From a virus: 64,000 nucleotides of DNA. The notes beneath the pieces were generated by a model. It saw only the letters and a list, made by a program, of their open reading frames with translations. It was not told the origin of the DNA and did not search any database. The stretch spans positions 64,001-128,000 of IMG/VR virus record IMGVR_UViG_3300022752_005671. One strand, given 5' to 3'. The position numbers and the translations under genes were made by a program. This document shows, piece by piece, positions 56,111-64,000 of this stretch (its first letter is position 1; each line of letters starts with the position of its first letter).

Positions 56111-56782
56111 ATGGCACGTCTTTTTATCACTAAAAGAGAGATAAACTTTATATCTGACATCACAAAAGAGATAGTGAAAGATGTAGTCGGCCAAAAAATT
56201 TACTATTATCCTGTCTCAGAAACAAAAACTAAATCTCATGAAGTGTATGATGAAGCACTTCAAAAAGTGTTTGACAATCCTGTCATTGTTGATGTTTTAG
56301 TAAACAGCGAGTTTCAAACTGAGACAAAAATTAACAAATTTGGTATAGATTCTCAATTTACTTTAGAAGTATACATTCAACACAGAGATATGATAGAAAA
56401 AGGAATCAATCCAGCCATTGGAGATTATTTTTCATTCGGAGCGATTTTTTACGAAATTACAGAATATAAGTACATGAGAACGATCTATGGACAAGCTGAA
56501 AACATAGATGGAGTATCGTTGATCGGTACTAGAGTTCGTGAAAGTCAATTTAAGGCTCTCACGAATGGTCCTACAGATATCAAATACACAGATCAAGATG
56601 CGGTTCAAGAAACGTTCGTTCAACAAAGAGGGTATGCAACTGACTCTGACGGAAATGAGACCGGCGACGTAAGAGATCTTGTTAAGAATGGAGTTCTTGA
56701 TGAACCGTTGACTGGCCGTAAAGAAGTTTCGCCTAAAGGAGACTCGACGGGGGTTGGAAGTTCATTCTACGATGAGGATTGA
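56111..56782 (+). CDS. gp14: neck protein (T4 gp14-like)
   Basis: GQKIYYYP..YDE..KFGID..IGDYF; synteny with gp13 and gp15. Confidence 0.7.
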   Translation: MARLFITKREINFISDITKEIVKDVVGQKIYYYPVSETKTKSHEVYDEALQKVFDNPVIVDVLVNSEFQTETKINKFGIDSQFTLEVYIQHRDMIEKGINPAIGDYFSFGAIFYEITEYKYMRTIYGQAENIDGVSLIGTRVRESQFKALTNGPTDIKYTDQDAVQETFVQQRGYATDSDGNETGDVRDLVKNGVLDEPLTGRKEVSPKGDSTGVGSSFYDED

Positions 56783-56784
56783 TT

Positions 56785-58116
56785 ATGCCTACTAGATTTA
56801 ATTCAAAAAGTCAAAAGAGGTTTGGAGTCGCAGGGATTAATTTAGATAATCACCAAGGCACTCCTGATCTAACAATACCATCAGTAGGTATAGAAGATGT
56901 TGACGTTTCATTATTTAAATTGTTTGATAATGAAATTAAATTGCAGGTAGGAGGAGATAATGGCGATTTTAAAAAGGTGCCAATCATCTTTGCAACAGGA
57001 GAAAAATGGGCGTTATTAAAGAAAAAGCGCGCATTAAGAGATAAAAATAATTCTTTAATCCTTCCTTTATTGACAATTTCAAGAACTTCAATTTCTCAAG
57101 ATTTATCCTCGGACATTGCTGGCAGAGGAATTAATCAACAAACTGGAGAAATAGTGATACGCAGAAGGTTAGACAAATCTGATCGTGGATATCAAAATTT
57201 AATCAATAGATTTCTTTTAAAAAATCAAAAAAATGTTGCAACCAATCCCGATTTAGATCATGTTGAAGGTCAACTATTGACAGATAGAAAAATAGGAGAA
57301 GATTCTACAGATCCAGTCATCGAAAGCGGAGCATGGCTAGCAGATATAAAAAAGAATAATATTTACGAAACCATTGTCGTCCCTTCTCCTCAATTCTATA
57401 ATGTCACATATGACGTTACGATGTGGACTCAATATACGCAACACATGAATCAATTGTTAGAACAATTGGTTTCCTCATTTTTACCTCAAGCAAATTCATG
57501 GAAGTTAGAAACTCCTAAGGGGTACTGGTTTATAGCAACAGTAAGCAATAATTCCTACGATCCAGAAAATAATTTAGATGAATTAGGACAAGAAGAAAGA
57601 GTCATTAAGTATAAATTTACTGTTAATGTAAAAGCTTACATTTTTGCATCCAAATTCCCAGGAAATGGAGTCCCAATAAAACGTTTTGTGTCATCTCCAA
57701 CCATCAAGTTTGATGTAGAACCATCAGGAGGTTCGGGGTTCTCATCTGCTGAAAGCCAAAATCCATTTTTAGGATCTGACGATCCAACGCTACCATTAAG
57801 CGATTCTAAAAATAAACATCTTGGCCAGAGATTAACAGGAGGAACAAGATTATACGATCCTTCCGCGACGGACTCAGAAGATCCAGCCTTGAGGTCAAGA
57901 GCTGCAAAACAATATAATCCCGTTTATAAAAAAATTATTTCTAGTGATCTTTCTGGTAAAGAAACCGTTTCGTATGTAAGAGCATACCCTGTGAATCAAG
58001 CATCAGGAGAGTCTGTGATTAAAATAACCCCTCAGCCAGCTTCTAATCAAGCACCACTTACTGCAGAATCTTTGTTAGGCGGAATAACGTACCATATTAT
58101 TCAAGATGATGAATAA
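56785..58116 (+). CDS. gp15: tail sheath stabiliser/terminator (T4 gp15-like)
   Basis: KVPIIFATGEKW..LPLLTISR..PSP...NVTYDVTMWT; synteny with neck and sheath genes. Confidence 0.7.
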   Translation: MPTRFNSKSQKRFGVAGINLDNHQGTPDLTIPSVGIEDVDVSLFKLFDNEIKLQVGGDNGDFKKVPIIFATGEKWALLKKKRALRDKNNSLILPLLTISRTSISQDLSSDIAGRGINQQTGEIVIRRRLDKSDRGYQNLINRFLLKNQKNVATNPDLDHVEGQLLTDRKIGEDSTDPVIESGAWLADIKKNNIYETIVVPSPQFYNVTYDVTMWTQYTQHMNQLLEQLVSSFLPQANSWKLETPKGYWFIATVSNNSYDPENNLDELGQEERVIKYKFTVNVKAYIFASKFPGNGVPIKRFVSSPTIKFDVEPSGGSGFSSAESQNPFLGSDDPTLPLSDSKNKHLGQRLTGGTRLYDPSATDSEDPALRSRAAKQYNPVYKKIISSDLSGKETVSYVRAYPVNQASGESVIKITPQPASNQAPLTAESLLGGITYHIIQDDE

Positions 58117-58138
58117 AAGTATTTTTGATTTTTTTCGA

Positions 58139-58145
58139 ATACTTA
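58139..58145 (+). promoter_or_regulatory. candidate late-promoter heptamer ATACTTA
   Basis: lies before sheath gene 1; an identical heptamer at 61233-61239 precedes sheath gene 2. Confidence 0.5.
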
Positions 58146-58182
58146 TAAGAGAAGTTTATTCATCATATGAAGGAGCAGGATA

Positions 58183-61100
58183 ATGGCTGAGCAGGTTTTT
58201 AGGTCTCCTGGGTTTTTTGAGAGAGAAATTGAATTAAAAGCACCACCTACTGGAGGTCCATCAGGTGTACCAGCTGGTGTAATTGGTATGTCAAATAAGG
58301 GTCCGGCATTTGTGCCAGTGACTGTTGCAACTTTTAATGAATTCGTTAGCATTTTTGGTAATCTTGATCCAAAGAAGTTCGGTCCTTATGCTGTAAATGA
58401 ATTTTTAAAGAACAGAACTGCTCTTACTTATATGAGAGTACTCGGCGCTGGAGCAAACAAGAATTCAACAGACATTTCTTCAACTTCAGTGACTGGCAGA
58501 GTAAAAAATGCAGGTTTTAAGTTAGAGGGAAACGTATCAGCCCATGATTCTAAGGCACGTCATAATGGTGCAGTACAATTTTTAGTTGCAGACCATACTC
58601 TTCAAACTAATGAAGCGTATGGGATGCCTATGTTTACAGACAACGATTCTCGTACCTCAGCAACAAACGTTAATTTAGTTCGCGGCGTTGTTATGTTAGC
58701 TTCTGGTGCAAGAATGATGGTTCTTGATGGAAACGAAAGCGTTCCAGCTGCATTCATTGGGGCAACAACTGTAGATGATGCAGCACAAGTAAAAAGCGGA
58801 AAATTTAAGTTGATTATTTCTTCGGCACTTGGATCAACTTATGCATTTGATGATAAGATTCCTGGAGTTAAGATTTATACTGCTTCAATGAATCCATCAA
58901 ACGTGGATTATTTTGCGAAAGTATTGAATAGAGACCCTGAAAAATTTGAGCAATATCAACACGTTCTTTATTCAGATTTTGCAGTTGATGATGAAGTTGC
59001 ATCAGTGGTCAATGATGATTATGTTGCAGTATTATCAGGTTCATCATTAACAAGCAACGTTTCTGGAGAACCAACTACTGAATTTAGAAAAGCATTTGGA
59101 GCATATGATACAAGATTCTCGTCTCCAAAAACTTCTTATTTCATTTCTCAACCTTTCGGAACAACAGAATATGATTTGTTCCAAATTGAGTCTCTTGATG
59201 ATGGAGCTTATGCTAATAGCCTCTATAAGGTTTCTATTTCAAATCTTAAAGTTTCTGAAAATGAAGCTTATGAATATGGAACATTCAACGTTCAAATTCG
59301 CGATTGGAACGATACCGACATCAATCCTTCTGTCATCGAAGAATTTGTAAATTGTTCATTAGATCCTGATTCAGATAACTACATCGGAAAAGTTATTGGT
59401 GATCGTAAGGTAACTTACGATTTTGATCAAGATATAGTTTCTGAAAGAAGAATTATCACGAGTGGTAAGTATGATAACGTTTCAAAGTACGTTAGAGTTG
59501 TCATTTCTCAAGATGTTGAAGATAAGAAAGTTCCTGCTAAATCACTACCATTCGGATTTAGAGGTCCAGAACTTTTGAAGACTAATGATGCTTTAACTGA
59601 TGGAGCCACAAGCGCAAAGAGATTAGCTGGAGTGTTTAGCGTTGACGCTGTAGGAATTCTATCACAATCAATTCTTCCACCGGTTCCATTTAGATTTAAG
59701 GTTACAAAAGGACCGATGACGTCTCCTGCTTGGGACGGTGATCCAGGACCTCAAGAAGTAGCTTCTCCTCAATTCTATTGGGGCGTCAAATTTGAAAGAA
59801 ATGATGTTCCACTTAACGTAAACCTTTCTGAAGTAAAAAATTCGCTTCTAGAGAGCTATACAAAATTTGCAGGTATCAAAAAGCTTGATGTTCTTGTAAC
59901 TGGATCTGGAGCAGATACATTTAACAACAACAAGTTCTCATTGTCTAAGGTTGCATTCTCTGCTGGAACGATTGCTGGATTAACAGGAACCGTTCGATCT
60001 CACATGAAAGAAGCAGCTTATATCAGAAATGCAAAAGTTGATCCAACAGCATATACGATAAATGATCCTACTCTAGGAAACAGAATAACATTTGCATCTC
60101 TGCTATCAAACGGAGAACCTTATGAGTTCAACAAATATTCATCATTTGCTAAATTCACGACATTTATGCAAGGCGGATTTGATGGATTAAACATTCTAGA
60201 CCCTGCAGCGTCAAGAATGAATGATAAGGCAACATCATTTGAAACTCCTCTTGGCGGAGCTTCATCAACATTTGTATCACCTGGAATGTTGACAAACCTT
60301 GCCGGCGTTGGTGTTGATAACAACGCCGTCAATTCTTACATAACTGCAGTTGATGTTATGACAGATCCTCTTCAAGTTAATGTCAACTTGTTAGCACTTC
60401 CTGGTATCCGTGAAGATTACATCACAAATTACACTGCAAAGAAAGTTCGTGATTATGGCCTTTCAATGTACGTAATGGATCTTCCAAATTATGATGATAA
60501 TGATGGTAGAATTTATGATGATTCAACAAATAGAATTAACATAGAAAACACCGCCGCGACATTTGAAGCAAGATCATTCGACAACAACTACGTTGCTGCT
60601 TACTTCCCAAATGTTTACGTAAATGATGAAACTAACAAACGTTATGTTAAAGTTCCTTCATCAGTTGCTGCTTTAGGAGCTTTAGGATTCAATGACAGAG
60701 TTGCATATCCATGGTTTGCACCAGCAGGATTTAATAGAGCAGCTCTAGATTTCGTCAACAACGTTGAAGTTAGATTGAATGTTTCTGATAGAGATAGACT
60801 TTATGATGCTAGAATCAATCCGATTGCAACATTCCCACGATTGGGATTTGTGATTTACGGACAAAAGACTCTTCAAATAAGAAAGTCTGCTCTTGATAGA
60901 GTCAACGTTCGTAGACTTCTTCTTGAAGTTAAGAGATTAATCATTAACATTGCAAATAGAATCGTGTTTGAACAAAACACCCCCGCCGTTAGAAACAAGT
61001 TTGTTGCTGATTCAGTTCTTCAATTAGGACTTATTCAAGCGCAAGCTGGTATCGAGGCATACCAAGTTGTGATGAATGAAACAAACAATACGCAAGAAGA

Positions 61101-61209
61101 CGTCGATCTAAACAGATTGAACGGTAGAATCGTTGTTGTTCCAACTAGAGCAATAGAATTCATTGCAATTGACTTTATTGTCACAAATGCAGGAGTTCAG
61201 TTCGTTTGA
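58183..61209 (+). CDS. gp18: tail sheath protein 1 (gp18-like)
   Basis: FRSPGFFEREI, KGPAFVPV; C-terminal PWFAPAGFNR, INPIATFP, IYGQKTL, DRVNVRRLL, PTRAIEFIAIDF. Confidence 0.95.
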   Translation: MAEQVFRSPGFFEREIELKAPPTGGPSGVPAGVIGMSNKGPAFVPVTVATFNEFVSIFGNLDPKKFGPYAVNEFLKNRTALTYMRVLGAGANKNSTDISSTSVTGRVKNAGFKLEGNVSAHDSKARHNGAVQFLVADHTLQTNEAYGMPMFTDNDSRTSATNVNLVRGVVMLASGARMMVLDGNESVPAAFIGATTVDDAAQVKSGKFKLIISSALGSTYAFDDKIPGVKIYTASMNPSNVDYFAKVLNRDPEKFEQYQHVLYSDFAVDDEVASVVNDDYVAVLSGSSLTSNVSGEPTTEFRKAFGAYDTRFSSPKTSYFISQPFGTTEYDLFQIESLDDGAYANSLYKVSISNLKVSENEAYEYGTFNVQIRDWNDTDINPSVIEEFVNCSLDPDSDNYIGKVIGDRKVTYDFDQDIVSERRIITSGKYDNVSKYVRVVISQDVEDKKVPAKSLPFGFRGPELLKTNDALTDGATSAKRLAGVFSVDAVGILSQSILPPVPFRFKVTKGPMTSPAWDGDPGPQEVASPQFYWGVKFERNDVPLNVNLSEVKNSLLESYTKFAGIKKLDVLVTGSGADTFNNNKFSLSKVAFSAGTIAGLTGTVRSHMKEAAYIRNAKVDPTAYTINDPTLGNRITFASLLSNGEPYEFNKYSSFAKFTTFMQGGFDGLNILDPAASRMNDKATSFETPLGGASSTFVSPGMLTNLAGVGVDNNAVNSYITAVDVMTDPLQVNVNLLALPGIREDYITNYTAKKVRDYGLSMYVMDLPNYDDNDGRIYDDSTNRINIENTAATFEARSFDNNYVAAYFPNVYVNDETNKRYVKVPSSVAALGALGFNDRVAYPWFAPAGFNRAALDFVNNVEVRLNVSDRDRLYDARINPIATFPRLGFVIYGQKTLQIRKSALDRVNVRRLLLEVKRLIINIANRIVFEQNTPAVRNKFVADSVLQLGLIQAQAGIEAYQVVMNETNNTQEDVDLNRLNGRIVVVPTRAIEFIAIDFIVTNAGVQFV

Positions 61210-61232
61210 TCTAAAAATTCTTATGTAATTTG

Positions 61233-61239
61233 ATACTTA
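61233..61239 (+). promoter_or_regulatory. candidate late-promoter heptamer ATACTTA
   Basis: lies before sheath gene 2. Confidence 0.5.
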
Positions 61240-61266
61240 TCAAGCAAGTTGTAGGAGCGAAAATAA

Positions 61267-64000
61267 ATGGCACAGCTCAAATTCGGAAGCGCAGGAGTAA
61301 CGACAAGAGAAATTGATTTAACAGGACCCGTTTCGGCGTCTCCTTCAGGTGTTCCTGCAGGGATAATTGGAACATCAGTTAAAGGACCGGCATTCGTTCC
61401 TTTAACATACGGTACATTGAGCGATTTCTTTGCAAAGTTTGGTGAAAGTGATTCTAAGAAATTTGGACCGATGGCGGTAGCAGAATGGATGAAGAGAGCT
61501 ACTTCCGTAACTTACCTTAGAGTTTTAGGCGTAGGTGATGGAAAGAAAAGAGTAGCTAGCGGCCAATCTGCAGGTGACGTAACAAATTCTGGATTTACTG
61601 TTGGTGAACAACTTCCTTCTTCCAATGGAACGTTATCATCTAACACATATGCAAATTCTGAAGGCGTTTTAGGAAGAACATACTTCTTGGGATGCTTCAT
61701 GTCAGAATCTGCAGGATCTAACGTCTTTAACGCAGCTGGATTACAAGGAACAGGAAGCGTTAATGGAATTGGATTGAACACTGCTGTGCCAATTGTTCGA
61801 GGAATTTTAATGGCTCCATCTGGAGTTATTTTAAGATTATCAGCTTCTGCTGTAGGGTTGGATTCAAGCAAGCCTTCTTCAACTTTGGTCGGAAATGATG
61901 AATCTGCAAAAGGAACATCTTTAGGTTCTCTTGTCTTAGGATCAGGAACATCCGCAAAACAAGAATTTACCATTTTGCTAAATGGACATAAGGGAACAGA
62001 CTCTTCATATCCAAATGTTCTTACTGCTTCTTTCGATGTGACTGCAGCAAATTACATCAGCAAAGTTTTAAATACTGATCCTTATAAGATTCAACAAGCT
62101 GGTCATTATCTTGCTGCACACTGGGATATTCATCCAACTTTAGCAGTGGTAACTGGCGTAGGCGTAGTATCTGCAGTACCAGTTAATCAAAGCGAAAGAT
62201 CAGCATTCTTGTTAACTTCATCATTATCAAGAAATGTTGGATCTTCTACTGTTCCTAACTATGAAGGATTTAGAGATAGATTCTCTAATGGTAAATCGCC
62301 TTGGGTCGTATCACAAAAGTTTGGTGGATCTCAAGTAAACTTATTCAAACTTCATTCATTGGATGCAGGAGCTGGAATCTCTAATAAGTTTAAGATTTCT
62401 ATTTATAATATTGTTCCTTCATCAGATCCATTAAACAAATATGGTTCATTTAGCTTAGCTGTAAGAAGCCTAACTGACACAGACATTGATCAAAAAGTTC
62501 TTGAGCGTTGGGAAGGACTTAACCTAGATCCTTCATCTGATAGATACATCGGCAAGGTCATTGGAGACGTTAATGCTTATTATGACTTTGATAGAGATGA
62601 TGCAGCTCAAAAGCTTGTCATTGAAGGAAATTATGAACTAAGATCTAGATACATTAGAGTTGAAGTATCAACCGCAGTTGCTGAACAAGCTGTTGATCCA
62701 ACAGCTCTTCCAATGGGATTTAGAGGAATTTCTCACTTAGTTACGTCAGGTTCAGCTCCTCTTGCCTCACTAGGCGGAGTAGATGCATCTGCATTATCTA
62801 ATTCTACATTTACAAGAAACACCGTTGAACCTCCTCTTCCATTTAGAAATCATTTAAATGACGGAACCGGCCAACAAACTCAAGTAAATTCAAGATATCA
62901 CTGGGGAGCTAAGTTTGAACACATTACAAGCTTAACAGAACAAAACAGTTCAGTTCTTCAAGATAAGTCTTTCAACAGCTTTACGAAACATTTCCCAGGA
63001 CATTCAACATCTAATGTCAATTTTGTGGTTGGTGATAATTCTGGTGTAGCTGATACAGCACAAAATGGTATCATTGATGCAGACAGGTTCTGCGGCAATT
63101 TATTCACATTAGAAAACATCAAGATCACGACTGGATCCAACGGAACAGTCGCTCAAAATGATGATTGGAAATATGCATCTTATGTCAGAAATGGTAACAT
63201 AGTTGCAGATGACGTAGCAAAGACTCGTGCTGTTCAAGTCAGTGATCTTTCTAATTCTCAAAATCGTAAATTCCTTAAGTTCTCATTCATTATGCAAGGC
63301 GGATTTGATGGTGTTAACATTTTTGATAAGGATGAATCAGAGATTAATAACGCAGCAGTAGTTGCGGATATGGATGATGCTAACAGAGGAAGATCATCAG
63401 GTCCAAACGTATCTGCATACGTCAAGGCTCTTGAAGTGATGAAGAACACAACCAATGTTGACATCCAACTCTTAGCAATTCCAGGAATTCGTGCACCAAT
63501 TGTTACAGATGAAGCAATAAGAGCAACAGAAGAACGTTTCGATGCACTTTATATCATGGACATTGAACAAGTTGACAAGGATGGAAATCTTATCAATATC
63601 ACTTCAAACGTCAAGCCATCCGTCACGGAGACAGTTGCACAACACAAGGCAAGAAACCTTAATACATCATTTGCTGCATCTTACTTCCCAGACGTATTAA
63701 TTAAGGATCCTTCACTTCAAACTAACTCAGTCATTGTTCCACCATCCGTCGTCGTGATGGGAGCATTGGCATTGAATGACGCCTTAGGATATCCATGGTT
63801 TGCACCAGCAGGATTAACAAGAGGAGAACTTCCATCAACGTTAGAGACAAGCATTCAGCTTAAGGATGCAGATCTTGATTCTCTATATGATGAAGACATC
63901 AACCCTCTATATGCTCCTGCAACTGCAACCCGCGGAGGAACAAATCCAAAGGGAGGAGTTGTTGTGTGGGGACAGAAGACGATGCTTCAATCAGCATCTG
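61267..64000 (+). CDS. gp18: tail sheath protein 2 (gp18-like), partial, runs off the window end
   Basis: not in the ORF track because no stop lies in the window; ATG 61267 after AGGAG; MAQLKFGSAGVTTREIDLTG..KGPAFVPL..; ends in frame with PWFAPAGLTRG..INPL..VVWGQKTMLQSAS. Confidence 0.93.
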   Translation, partial: MAQLKFGSAGVTTREIDLTGPVSASPSGVPAGIIGTSVKGPAFVPLTYGTLSDFFAKFGESDSKKFGPMAVAEWMKRATSVTYLRVLGVGDGKKRVASGQSAGDVTNSGFTVGEQLPSSNGTLSSNTYANSEGVLGRTYFLGCFMSESAGSNVFNAAGLQGTGSVNGIGLNTAVPIVRGILMAPSGVILRLSASAVGLDSSKPSSTLVGNDESAKGTSLGSLVLGSGTSAKQEFTILLNGHKGTDSSYPNVLTASFDVTAANYISKVLNTDPYKIQQAGHYLAAHWDIHPTLAVVTGVGVVSAVPVNQSERSAFLLTSSLSRNVGSSTVPNYEGFRDRFSNGKSPWVVSQKFGGSQVNLFKLHSLDAGAGISNKFKISIYNIVPSSDPLNKYGSFSLAVRSLTDTDIDQKVLERWEGLNLDPSSDRYIGKVIGDVNAYYDFDRDDAAQKLVIEGNYELRSRYIRVEVSTAVAEQAVDPTALPMGFRGISHLVTSGSAPLASLGGVDASALSNSTFTRNTVEPPLPFRNHLNDGTGQQTQVNSRYHWGAKFEHITSLTEQNSSVLQDKSFNSFTKHFPGHSTSNVNFVVGDNSGVADTAQNGIIDADRFCGNLFTLENIKITTGSNGTVAQNDDWKYASYVRNGNIVADDVAKTRAVQVSDLSNSQNRKFLKFSFIMQGGFDGVNIFDKDESEINNAAVVADMDDANRGRSSGPNVSAYVKALEVMKNTTNVDIQLLAIPGIRAPIVTDEAIRATEERFDALYIMDIEQVDKDGNLINITSNVKPSVTETVAQHKARNLNTSFAASYFPDVLIKDPSLQTNSVIVPPSVVVMGALALNDALGYPWFAPAGLTRGELPSTLETSIQLKDADLDSLYDEDINPLYAPATATRGGTNPKGGVVVWGQKTMLQSAS

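Noticed and set aside
1-64000. Alternative genetic code (stop-codon reassignment), seen in some large phages
   Set aside because: Core genes (terminase, portal, capsid, sheath) are full length under the standard code and coding density is high.

Overview
This window is a segment of a large, AT-rich, T4-like contractile-tailed (myovirus/jumbo-type) phage genome. From left to right it carries: a minus-strand glycosylation cluster (two glycosyltransferases and an RmlA-like nucleotidyltransferase); host-like accessory genes (degenerate GroEL-like protein, ClpP, DinG/XPD helicase, Hc1 histone-like protein, stand-alone sigma-70 region-4 protein, PIN-PhoH); large probable baseplate/fibre genes; gp4-like nuclease, methyltransferase, RuvC-like resolvase, primase and a single-chain Mre11-Rad50 (SbcD-SbcC) fusion; the head module (terminase, portal, prohead protease, scaffold, gp23-like capsid); an endolysin; a repeat-rich beta-helical fibre; neck genes; and two tandem tail-sheath paralogues. 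The second sheath gene is missing from the ORF track and runs off the window. The most unusual element is an apparently intact three-gene bacterial envelope operon just downstream of the capsid gene: a CxxCH lipoprotein with DUF1549/1588/1585-like motifs, a Cys-rich lipoprotein and a Tat-exported DUF1501-like protein. Non-coding signals seen directly are a recurring ATANTTA motif before late genes, two structured 5' leaders (one with pseudoknot potential), a Pho-box-like 11-bp tandem repeat and five intrinsic terminators. No tRNA, rRNA or CRISPR array was seen. All family assignments come from motif recognition by eye, not from database searches.
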